From: Camelus ferus
Lineage: Eukaryota
Direction of reading: 5' to 3'
DNA: 64,000 nucleotides
Assembly: GCF_009834535.1 (NCBI RefSeq)
Contig: NC_045696.1
Location: 37,512,001-37,576,000 of the forward strand
How positions within the stretch are numbered: the stretch's first letter is position 1; each line of letters begins with the position of its first letter. The notes under the pieces were generated by a model. It had not been told where the DNA came from and searched no databases. It was given only the letters and a program-made list of their open reading frames with translations. Shown here piece by piece: positions 13,701 through 25,115 of the stretch. Made by a program: the position numbers and the translations under genes.

Positions 13701-14817
13701 TATCTTCTGGTTTACCTTTTTCAATATTATTGATTTCTGCTCTACTTATTTCTTTTTCTGTTCTTCTACTTACTTAAGATTTGATTTGCTCTTCTTTTTC
13801 TAGCTTCCTAAGGTTGACTCTCAAAGAACAGATTTTAGATATTTCTTTTTTTCTATTATAGGCAGTCAATACTATAAATTTTCTTCTAAGCACTATTTTC
13901 CTAAATCCCACAAATTTTAATAAGAAGTGTTGTCATTTTCATTTAGCTCAAAATATTTTTTAACTTCTCCTGAGATTTCTTCTTTGACCCACGTGTTATT
14001 TTGAAGTGTATTGTTTAATCATCACATAGTTTGGGATTATTGAGTTATCTGTTGATTACCAGTTTTAATTTCATTTGTCATCCAATTGCATGATTTCTGT
14101 GGTTTTTAATTGGTTAAGGTGTGTATTATTTCCCAGAATGTGACCTCTTTTGGTGATTGTTACATGTGAACTTAAGAATGTATATATATTCTGATGTTGT
14201 TGGACCAAACAGTTGGTAATCTACAAATGTCAATTACATCCAGTTGATAATAGTATTGTTGAGTTTAGCTATGTCCTGACTGATTTTCTGCCTGTTGAAT
14301 CAGTTCACTTCTGAGAGAGGAGTATCAAAGTCTCCAACCATAAGAGTAGAACCATCTATTTCTCCTTGCAGTTCTATCAGTGTTTGCCTGTCATAGTTTG
14401 ACACTCTCCTGTGAGACATATACACATTAAGGATTCTTACATCTTCTTGAAGAACTGACTCCTTTATCATTATGTATAATATTCTTTATCTCTGAAAACC
14501 TTCCTTGCTTTGAAGTTTACCCTGTTTAAAATCAATATAGCTACTCTTGCTTTATTTTGATCAGTGTTAGCACGATATATTTTTCTCCATTTATTTTTAA
14601 TCTATACTATATTAAATTTGGTTTCTTGTAAACAACATATAGTTGCAGCTTTCTTTTTGATCCACTCTGACAATTTCTGTTTTACAATTGGTCATTTAGA
14701 CCACTGATGTTTAAAGTGATTATTGATATAGTTGGATTAATATCTACCATTATTATTGATGCTTTCTATTCATTACCTTGTTCCGTGTTTTTGATTGTAT
14801 CTTCCACTCTTTTTCTG
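10726..14817 (-). mobile_element. old L1 (L1MC1/2-type), 3'UTR through decayed ORF2 to the inter-ORF region
   Basis: L1MC-type 3'UTR (atcacccgaagtccatagtttac...ctaaaaatcctctgt); minus-strand ORFs YDPVIILLGIYPKE..TCTWMFIATLF (11112-11402) and FTGKFYKTFMEE..KENYRSMSLMNIDAKIL (13053-13289) are ORF2 segments. Confidence 0.92.
13364..13441 (-). mobile_element. about 75-bp 3'-terminal fragment of a young L1 nested in the old L1
   Basis: reverse complement gactgggacattgtgctgtacaccag...tgtacttcaattaaaa closely matches 4309-4372 of this window. Confidence 0.85.
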
Positions 14818-14899
14818 ATACACAAAGTCCTTTACTGTTCTGAATTCCACTCAAATATGGCATCATTACAAATCACCTTATTAAATTATCCAATTTATG

Positions 14900-17406
14900 A
14901 AGAAGTCTATGAAGCACTATGACTATTGGGGGTTGGTGGTGTAAGAATTATAAAAAGCTATACTTTGCTTTTTATCCTGGAGGTAATATTCTAACTTTTT
15001 CAAAGATCACCATCCCCCTAAAAACTTTATCAATATGGGAAGTTTCTGACTCTTTAGAGTATATATCTCCATTTTCATTCATTTATGTGTAGTACCAGAA
15101 CATCCAAGGTATTGTCACTATCAATTACCCAGTTCCAGTTTACATACTGCCTTCTAAATAGTGGACCAAAATTTTGTCTGTTGGGATACTGAGATAACCA
15201 AGAATACAAATCCATAATGCAACAGAAGTCAAGATTTAATGTAATAATGCATGCAAAATGCTTCATGCCATCTCTCCTGATTATTGAAAAATAATAAAAG
15301 CCTTAGTCAATTAGTCAGGTTAAGCACAACAAACTAATTGCCAAGGCTCTATTCTTTAGTAAAATTACCAAAACAAGCCAGCAACTACAATTGGTGATAT
15401 TACTTCATTAATTGAATACTAAACCACCATAATCTGCTATTGTTAGTTTTTCTTTATCAGAAGACAGAATGATGAATTAAAGGAGGGTAAGGTTGGTATA
15501 ACTGACACCACGTCATTAAGTCACGGATAGTAGTGCTAATCTCCACCCTTCCACCTGAGATGCAGTATTACTTCTGATTTATTATTTTGAATGAGGTGGA
15601 CAATGCAATTTCCAGGTTTTCCACTTGACCTTACATAGAATGGGCTCAGAAACTAGGGAAATAAGTATAGGATGGTACTCTGGACTTGTTGGACCCAGTG
15701 TGAGACAGACTTGGGTTAAGACTCCATTTACTACCTGGCTTTCACAAATTCCCACACTAACAGGAAATCAGGATAGCAGAGTGACACTATATTATCCCTT
15801 GAGGGATCTGAAATCCAGTTATTTTTCTACTCTTATAGAAGAGTTTTTTGGGGTGTAGGGAGGATGGCCATAAGTTCATTAGGGAAATATTGGGGGATGG
15901 ACACTGCAGGAGCTTTCATTAAGGGGTTCTGTCCTCTCTTCAGTTATGGTCTCACATTTTAGGAAATCTCTCAGATCTGTAAGCTGGATCTTACAGTGCA
16001 GCCACTGAGCTCAGCTGTCTGTTCACCAAATCATGATCTTTTTTGCTTATGTAAGTCAAGCAGAAGACCCCATTGGCAACTATTTCTATTTCCTTTGGAA
16101 TACAAGGGCCTATCAGCCACTGTTATAGACCTCTGTGAGCAGGTGCTTTTTGTTCACCATTATGATTACACTGCCTTTTAGGAAGAACGTGACATTTCAC
16201 TAGCAAGTGCTGCCATGTGGCCTCCACTACTTTAGAATTCCATAGTCCTTCACTGCGTTAGAGAGCTCATGTTCCTTAAACATCTCTCTATCATTGTCAA
16301 ACCTGATCTACAGTGAACCATCACTAGTGTCTCAATTATTTCCCATTCCACAACCACCAATAATCTATTCCTTATTCCTTTAATGAATAAAATGTCTTCA
16401 CCCCCTAGGGAAACAGAATCAGCTAGTGACATAACCCATGCTGATAAGACATTCAAATACCCAAAAGGCAGTTGCACATGCAAATTTGGATCTCACAGAA
16501 AAATACTGATCTTTATTTCATCCTCAGTTATAATTAAGCTACTTTAAAAAGAAAGTTCTGGGTATAAGTTTCAGGCCAGTCTGTCTCTAATTGTGGATGT
16601 CTGTTTTTCCAAAACCCTTCAAATGTGACTTCTGGCTTTCACATCATGTCTTGAATTGGTAGTTGGCTAAACTGAAGTTATCATTCCCATTCTTCAGTGC
16701 TTTGATTGCACTAAAGTAGCAATTCCATCATCTTTCAAATTGCCACCTAATGACTTTAAAGAATATGTAACATAGAAGCTGAGTACTGTTGGTTTGGTGT
16801 CTTACTGAGGACTATTGCCCAGGAGATAGACTCTCAGTAGTTCTGAGAACTGTTCCAAAGTGATAAGAGGGGAAGTCAGTATATACGTGATTTTAGCAAA
16901 GGGGGTACATGCAACCATGCTCACATCTTGATAGAAGGTTACTGCTGGTTGCGAGGAACAGGTATCTTAATTAATGGTTTTACTGCCTCTCTATGTATGG
17001 GAAGATGCAAGAGTTTTGATTCATAAAATTTTCTGCTGAAATATCTAATATCTGAAAGCCTGTTCTGTCAGTTTTCCCAGAGCACAGAGTGTGTTATTCC
17101 TGATTTCTGCCCTGAACTTCTTCCAGGATGTGTTGAAGATCAGCAACTGGAGTGACTAATGACTCAATCTTTGTAGAGCCAGATGACTGGCTACATCTTT
17201 AACTGGCCCACTGCTGCTACTATCTCAAAACTAGAGTTATTATATAAACCAATGTATCTCTTTTTCACTTGTGACTCATCCCAGTTCCTTCACTTGTGAC
17301 AATCTTAGTCATTCAGATGCTACAACATGCTAGGTATTATTAACTAACTCCCTACTTTCCAAAAACAATAGTTTTTGTGTTTTCCAGAACCACTTCTGGG
17401 AATGAC
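14900..17406 (-). mobile_element. ERVL internal remnant with decayed gag, protease and RT N-terminus (interrupted by an LTR at 16748-17208)
   Basis: minus-strand remnants: gag-like GGEDILFIKGIRNRLL..CRSGLT (ORF 16250-16483); protease-region QVVNGVLTQVCLTLGP..HPILIS; GQVE/KWK..INQK*YCISGG; RT-like VIPTLPSFNS..NEVISPI; PBS-like sequence next to the LTR at about 17385-17406. Confidence 0.8.
16748..17208 (-). mobile_element. MER41-like ERV1 solo LTR (cetartiodactyl type)
   Basis: actgaggact..ccaggagatagactctcagtagttctgagaactgttccaaag and tctatgtatgggaagatgcaagagt are typical MER41-like blocks; flanked by cacc/cact (candidate 4-bp TSD). Confidence 0.75.
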
Positions 17407-17830
17407 TGTATCAGTGTGAGATCCTCCAGATGCTGACACTGATTTGAGAAACAAACAAGCAAACAAAAAACTTATGTGAGTGGGAAAATAACCCAGGGAA
17501 AGGAAGTAAGACATGGATCTGTTGTAAGCTAGTTACCCCTGTGAGCAGCCAGAGATGATGTCTACTGATTCCCCAGTACTAGTGTAAACACAAATGAGGA
17601 GTTAGAGTACTGGGATATTTAAACCCTCATTCTGTGAGTCAGTGTGGAGGGCTGCTCCTGGAGAGCGTGTATTCCTGTAGCTATATTCAGCATGCCACGG
17701 AGGAAGTGAGGTAGACTCAAGCAGTCATAGGAAGTTACAGAGAAAAATGTGAGTGCTGGCACTGAAAGCTGCACTAACATGGGAAGGCCCAGGGCATAAG
17801 AAAAGAGCTCAAATAGACAGCATTAGCTAT
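17407..17830 (-). mobile_element. LTR16A-like ERVL LTR (5' LTR of the provirus remnant to its left)
   Basis: agttacccctgtgagcagc, tgggatatttaaacc, gagggctgctcctgg and gtgctggcactgaaag match reverse-strand LTR16A; abuts the PBS-like sequence. Confidence 0.75.
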
Positions 17831-17859
17831 TAGATGCTTTAAATTTTACTTCCCATTCA

Positions 17860-18000
17860 AACTTAACAAGAAGGTTAGGAGACAGGTATCTCTGTAGCCT
17901 TTACTATGAAGAAGAAGTTAGATATAGACAGATTAAATAACTTTCCCCAAATCATCTGGTATATAGTAGGCGTGCAAATCAGAAACCAGAAGCTCAGTTT
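17860..18000 (-). mobile_element. MIR fragment
   Basis: agacagattaaataactttccccaaatcatctgg resembles the reverse MIR core. Confidence 0.5.
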
Positions 18001-18087
18001 CTACACTACAGTGAGTGACATTTCCACATTTTTTTGATGTACAATATACATCTGTGGTAACTGTAATTTAAAAATAATTAGTGGGGC

Positions 18088-18606
18088 TATAGGGGAGCAA
18101 AATTTGCCACCCTAAAATGTCTCTTCGGCATGTGGATTATTTTGAACTGAAAACAATGAAGACCAAAAAGACTCAGGAAGAAATTTTGACTTTCCCCGAA
18201 CTGCCTGAAGAATACAGGCAGAGGACCTGTTCTAGGAAGGGATCTGACATCACTGATAACTACAGAATGATCTAGGTGTGTAGACAGGGAGGAACCTAGC
18301 AGTCTGTTAAAAGTCCTCTGTGTCCTACAGTCTCTGTATGACCCAACAGACATTTATTTACCAAATAACTGCTTTCCCATCTCCATGTCAGTCTGAAATC
18401 CCAAACCACTACTAAGTCTGTAGATGAAAATGGTATTTAAGGTGAGGCCATGTTGGTGAGTCACTCAGTTTTCCTGGGTCTCTCCCATGTATATATGTTA
18501 TTAATTTTTGTTTAATTTTATCCTGTTAATTTGTTTTATGTCAATTTAATTTTTAGACCACCCAGAAGACCTAGAAGGGCAGAGGAAATTTTCTTTATCC
18601 CCAATA
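18088..18606 (+). mobile_element. MER34-family ERV1 solo LTR
   Basis: start tataggggagcaaaatttgccaccctaaaatgtctcttcggcatgtggattattttgaactg; end cctgttaatttgttttatgtcaatttaatt...cctagaagggcagaggaaa...ccccaata. Confidence 0.8.
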
Positions 18607-19769
18607 CTATAATAACACAGATAAAATGTTAAACTGTATTCTTTCTAATGTGATCCAAGTTAGCCTTTGAATAATATATTTAACATCTAAAACCAACAGA
18701 AATGATGAACTCTTAACTGGTATTTGAATATTCTAAAAAAATCAGACAATCAATACGTAAAAATATACAGTAGTATTCATCAACACAGACCATGCTCTTC
18801 ATATTGAAATAAATTCCTCTAGCAGTGTTGTGGTATTTAAAACATTTCACTGACAGAAATTGCTTTATTTTCACAGTAATCTTTATGAAAGGATAGTTTT
18901 CACTTGTTTGTTTGAAAAACTTCTCACCTCATTAAAAGTATTTCTGAGAGCAAAGAATTCTGCCACAATTTAGGCATTCTTGGTGTATAAACCAATCATA
19001 AACTGGCAATGGTTTTAGTCATCTTAAATGACTGAACAGAGCAAAGCTGTTTTTGTCTGATCCTGATGTCTCCGATCTTAAAAACTCTTCTTTATACTGT
19101 GAATACAACCTTGCTTTACTATTGCTAAGTGAGTCAATATTAGTCTGTTGACCAAAACGCCAATTTTAAAAAATGACAAGTAATATGAATTCTTCTAGAA
19201 ATAGTTATACTTGGACATGTAAAAATTATTTTCAATTAAAATATGTTTAAGTTTTCATTGGTAGTGGTCATGTTTCTTCATCTCATAGTGACTTTGTTCA
19301 AATGATTTTAAATTTAATTAGCTGTTTCCATTTGCTGCTTATCTTTTTATCCTCAGCACCCAGAGCCAATTGGATTTACTCTTTAGCATTTCCTCATAGC
19401 CCTGCCCCAATTTATATTAATAAAATAAAATAAAATATTTAAGTTTTAGCCTCTAAATTTATATGGACCAATAATGGGTACATATTTATTCTAAGGTACA
19501 TCTTGAGGTAAATTTTTTAAAAAATTATGCTAAGGTGTTGCTTTGATTCAAAGGGGACTGGTCTTCTTTTTGAATTTTCCCAGCTACTTTCTTTTTAACT
19601 AAGATCCAATGTATAATTTTACAGCTTTATTTATATAAGCTCCTTGGCATTCTAAGAGTAAGTAAGGAGGATCAGTTGATGGATCTAAAAGCATGGAATA
19701 GTGTTATCAGATTGACTTTTCTTGATTAATCTATGTAAAATAGATCTGTTCTAGAATATAGGATTTATT

Positions 19770-20285
19770 ATTATTCAGTTATGGTGAGGCTGACATAACA
19801 GGATATAATTGCCATTGAAAAGAGAGTTTATGACCCAACGTGCTTTATTTTGAAATAGAAGGGGTCACTCTGCCTTGAAGGGTCACACAGTAGAATACAG
19901 AGATATTAATGGGGCAGGCAGGCAGGTGAGGGACTGCAGGAGAGCCTTTATTGTGGGTTTAGAGGGAAGGGATGGGCAAGGCAGGGCAAGCAGCCTAAGC
20001 AGGTTTAGGATTGGCTGGTTTGGATAATTTCATCAAACTTTAGAGTACGGGGACTGCCCCTCACTGTCTGATATGTGGCCCTAGGGTGATCAGGGAGGAA
20101 GATAGTAACCCAAATGTAAAAGTCAATAAAGAAGAAAATTGGAATGTATGGGGGCTGTATTGTTTAGTCTGTATATGCTCACCGGAGAATCATTTGTCTG
20201 TCTAAGAATTGGCCAGCCCTGGGTGGTCAGAAAGGCCCCACAAGTCAAAACATCAGATACAGAAACTAGAAAACATGGTTAATAA
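19770..20285 (-). mobile_element. MER74-family ERVL solo LTR
   Basis: reverse complement begins tattaaccatgttttctagtttctgtatctgatgttttgac and contains gggctggccaattcttag, ccagccaatcctaaacctg and an AATAAA signal. Confidence 0.8.
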
Positions 20286-20402
20286 AATGTCCACACTGTC
20301 TCCATTTTTATAGCATATGGCTCACAAAATTGAAGCTGAATTTCTTACACACTTCGTTTACTTATACCAATTCTTTTATGTCACTTTTATATGCATCATT
20401 TT

Positions 20403-20494
20403 TGTGTGTGGGCACGGGTAAGTGTGTGTGTAAGTAAGTATGTGTAAGTGCACGTGCAAGTTAAGTGTGTGTGTGTGAGTGTGAGTGTGTGTGT
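20403..20494. repeat. degenerate (TG)n microsatellite
   Basis: TG runs interrupted by taag/gag units. Confidence 0.85.
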
Positions 20495-21729
20495 TTCAAC
20501 ACATTGATTGCCCACTGTGGACTTGGGGTCCCTGTGAAGAAACACAACTGCCACCCAGATTTTTGGATGATGTGGTGATCACCGTGTTAATACATCTGAC
20601 CCACTGAGTAATGAAATTTGTTTTGGTGTTCAACATAAATATTTATCTTATGTAGTGTCTTTAATACTATTCTCAATCAGTGAGAATTTCTATATTAATA
20701 AATTATTTGCCGACTACGTAAATGCTTTTAAATTCACTTATGATTCAAATGTCCCCATGAGTTCTAATCTTTCAAGGTCATCTTTATTTTAAACATTGTA
20801 AGAACTAATTTGAGTACTCATTTTCACTTCCTTTCTTACTTGTATTTTTAGGTCCTGAAGGCAGGGTATGGGGTGAAGGGGTTACAAAACAGTGGTCTTC
20901 ATTTTCACCAAAATTCTGTGTCTATTACATGTTTGACCCTTGCTCACTATTTCCCTTTGATGGCTGCTGTCCTGCCTCTGCTCTACTTTAAACTGAGTGC
21001 GGAACAGTTTCCTTTTCATTACCCAAAAGAAGAGCTATGTCATACACCAATAACAGTCTTTATTGAAGGTTTGGTGATACACCGCATAAATACTGCACCT
21101 CATTAGAAACAACTTTGGGTTGAAAGGCAGATACAATTGTTTTTCAGAATTAACTAGTCATCTCTCACCACAAGGAACCCTCGGGAATTTCTCCTTTCTT
21201 ATCTCTACAGAGTCCTAGCTCACTAACTGTACATTTCTTCAAATTTCTTTCCCTTGACAATGACCCCCGATACCCCAACTAGCTCACTTTGAAAACATAA
21301 TAGTCTTTCATTTTATTATGCAGATCAAAATATTTTTTCATCTAAAACTGCACTTAATGAAATTAGCCATGTAAATTCATACCAACAATAAGAATGCCAC
21401 AAACATTATTATAACAAGAACAGGAAAAAATCAACACACTTTTATAAAGCAAAGACCTCTCTCTTTCAATCTAGTGATTGAATATAAATAACCAAAGCTC
21501 CAGCCAGCTTTTAAAGTAGTATTCCTTCTTCCTAAACAGTATGCATTATGCAAAATTTGCCACTGGATATTAACATATATTACTGGGAACAAAGTTAACC
21601 TGGAAATGTTTTGCAAAGGTCACTTTATCACTGTTAAGAGACTTGAACAGGAAAATCTTAATTATGAATAAATTCAAATCAAATAAATTTGGTCCTGGAG
21701 GTCTTGGAGCACTTTTTCCAGTTTGATCG

Positions 21730-21945
21730 CTCCATTATTCCCTCTTAGAGCATCTTGTAAACTTTTCCTTACAGGACTTTTTTGTAGCTACGCAATTATA
21801 ATTGTGTGCTAATATTTTATGTGTCTCTCCTTTGCTAACCGAGTGGCATAGAGCAGAGGTGACCTGTCCTATCCACTGCTGTATTCTCAATGCTTAACAG
21901 AGTATGTATCTCTTGGAAGGACTCTCACTACATGAATGAATGAAA
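21730..21945 (+). mobile_element. L2 LINE 3' end
   Basis: cactgctgtattctcaatgcttaacagagt...tgaatgaatgaa terminal repeat. Confidence 0.7.
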
Positions 21946-21987
21946 GTTTGTAGGTTGAAGGATAAATGTGTTCATCAAACTACTATT

Positions 21988-22205
21988 TTAATAATCAAAG
22001 CTTCTATTTACTGAGGACACAATGTATGTCAGGAAATATGTTAAGTCCTTTTCACTCATACAATATATTTTAATTCTGACAACCACCTCACAATTATTAT
22101 CCCAACTTGCAGGCGGAACCCAGGTAGAGTTAATAAAATGTTGCCAGGTAGTGACCAAGCTGAGACTTGAACCAGACTGGCACACTCCAAAGCCCAAGCC
22201 CTGTA
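21988..22205 (-). mobile_element. MIR SINE
   Basis: atttactgaggacacaatgtatgtcagg...tattatcccaacttgcag...agctgagacttgaaccagactggcacactccaaagccc. Confidence 0.8.
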
Positions 22206-23949
22206 CTGTCTATTGCTTTTCAATATATGTTTTGAAAGTTACATCTTATTGTAAGAAGTTCGATACTAAAGCGCCTTTTTACTCTCTACACCTAGAGACA
22301 GTGAATACTATTGTTGTATTCCTGCTGTTTTATTTTCTTTATGTAAAGTTCTTCAACAAAGACTAATCTCCCAGTCAATCTTGAAATTATCCTTTAGAGT
22401 CTGAAGCTATTTGTTATATGTGCTTCTCACTCCTTTTAAAATTCTCTCTGCTATCTGTTAGTAGAAGAAGCAAACGACGGAGCCACACCCTGGTTCCTTA
22501 TTTTCTCCATACTCAAAAAAAACATGAAGCTCATCCTCACTCTTGTGATCTCATAGCTCCAGGAAAATTACAAATTGCTGATTTCCCCAGAAAGGTCAAG
22601 AAACACCGACAGAAATGAACTTACACTGGATAACTTTGACCAAAGTTTCAGTAAAGGTATTCCCTAAACAGTTGTGCTGTCAAGCATATTGTCATGTCCT
22701 CAAATTGATTTCAGACCTAAGGAGCCTTGGCTATCACCTGGGAAATGCTAGAGTGAGGGGTTAATTTACTTACCCAGCTCCGAGGAGGATCTGGTCTTCA
22801 ACATCATACTTCCTTTCCTGAATAATTTATGATGATTAGGCTTCAATTATCTTTCTTAGACTAACATATAGTGTTACCAGTGCAGAATTTCAAGATTTTT
22901 ATTTATTTTATTATTATATTAGTATATTTTAACTAACGATTTAATGAAATTTTATTTTGATTTTTCCTATTGTTTAGTGATTATTCTCCTAATTTCAAGT
23001 AGTGTCCTTGGATAATTTTTGAGTGGAAAAACACTTGTGTCTTTTAAAACTTTCTGTAATCTGCTGAATACTAGTAAAGATACTGAATAAGCAATATTAA
23101 TTTATTGATTTTTAAATTAAATATATATTTATTTTATTTATTAATATTAAATTTCATTTGATTGTCAAGATAGCCATGCTCTTATATTTGCATTATAAAT
23201 GGCACAATGCCACTTATTCTTTGAGCAATAATAGCTTATGGTGTCTTTTAAGACAACATTATGAACAAGGGACAACTGTTAGACTATTTAAAATGGACTT
23301 TTATAAATTCAGTAAAACTAACAAACATGATTTTAGTGAAAACTGGCTATTCAGGTACACTAAAGTTTCTCTCAGCATAAATCAGTCAGATCATATGACA
23401 AAACATAGTATTCTTGAATCATGATACTATTCAGTCTAGTTTTACTCAATCTTAATGTCAATGGCTTTCTTAAAAATTATTATTATAAAGTATTTTATAT
23501 GCAGTTTGAGAAGCCAGATTATTTGACAATGCCATAGTGAAGTAAATCATTTCAGAAATAATTTACAGAAAGACCTGTTACTAAGAATGCATTATTTTGA
23601 TCTATTTTGTTGTTACCTTCTCACTATTCTTTCAGTCTCTGAAATAATTTTTCATCTGTTTTCTTTGCTACTGTAAAAACAATCTTCATGATTTTTAAGC
23701 CATTGTGTTGAGAACTATAGAACTATTTAGTCAGTCTCACCAATTCAGTATTTATGTATTGCCTTAATATTAGGCAGTTATAACAAAAATCTGGCCTCTG
23801 CATAAATCTGACATAATATAGGCACTAACCATTCTCATGTGTTTATATGCTTACTGTTCTTGTTCATTTCACCTCATCTTATTTTGTATACTTTCATTTC
23901 CTGTGTTTTATTCAATTGCACATGGATCATTCCTGAAAACTGAGTATGT

Positions 23950-25115
23950 ATTAGGTCATCTAAGAAAAGTTTAATTAAGTTCCACAAATTCCAAAAATGA
24001 AAAAAAATTTTCTGATCACAAGGCCATGATCTATACATTACATTAATAGTTAATTAATGTAAACTATTAATGGTAAATTATCAAATATTAATTAATATTA
24101 TTAATAATAGTAAATATTAATAGTTAATATTAATTAAAAGAAAAAAGATTCTTCTTTGAAATTTATGATCTCTTTATTAAGTGACTTCTGGAAGAAACAC
24201 AAACTATAAACTGAAATTGAAGAATAAATTTAAAAAATGATAAAAGAATATTACACATCACAATGTATTAGCATTTAAAAGAATCACATGGGGAAATTTT
24301 AATTGTTAAAATGATTTAACAATTAAAATTCATAAATTGAATAAAATGATTAATGAAAAGTTAATTTCATACCTCTATGCAAATACATTTAAAAACCTAG
24401 ATGAAATGACTTAATAATATCACCCCCCCAAAGATGACATTTTAATTATAAGAATAAATTGTACCTTTAAAATGGAGAGGCCTGGGGACGTCACCTTAAC
24501 CAAGTGATCAAAATTGACATTGCCGATCATAGAAATCATCTGACATTTATGTGTCCTCTTATGTGATGCAATGGAAAACAAAAACCACCTTGGTTTGAGC
24601 AGCCTTGCAAAGTATATTTGTGTGTCTGTATGTATGTGTGTGTGCATCCTCAATCTAATGTTGAAATAATCAAACACAGCAAGTATGATCCCTTCTGTAA
24701 GGCAATGGACTAGACCACTAAATACTGTAAATGTCATGAAACACATTACAAAATTAAAAAAAAAAATTTATATATACATGCATATTGACTATATATTGAA
24801 CAACTCATTTGTTTGTTTATTTATTTATCTATATATTTATCAGTGTCAAATCCCCAGGAGTGATCATGGTATTGTATTAGTGGACAAATGTATTCTAAAG
24901 AATTTAATGAAGAAATATAAGTAGGTCTGCAAATTACTCTCAACTTTTTCAGCAAGAAGGAAAAAAAGATACAAAAGATGGGGACCAAATGTAGCAAAAT
25001 CTGGCAAACCAGTAACATTTTGTGAACCTCTGTGGAGGGTATACAAGTGTTTAATGTCCCTTGAACTTTCTGTAGGTACAGAGAATCTCAAAATAAAAAT
25101 TTGGGTAAAATGGAC
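23950..25115 (+). mobile_element. old L1 (L1MC4/5-type) ORF2 scraps and 3' end
   Basis: ctctatgcaaatacatttaaaaacctagatgaaatg (ORF2); caccttaaccaagtgatcaaaattgacat and aacttttctgtaggt...caaaataaaaa (L1MC 3'UTR). Confidence 0.75.

Noticed and set aside
11112..14922. Hydrophobic, membrane-protein-like + strand ORFs
   Set aside because: They are antisense readings of A-rich L1 sequence, which yields F/L/I-rich peptides
22625..22737. Minus-strand exon-like segment (tttcccag|...|gtaagt)
   Set aside because: All three frames contain stops and there is no transcript evidence; such site pairs arise by chance
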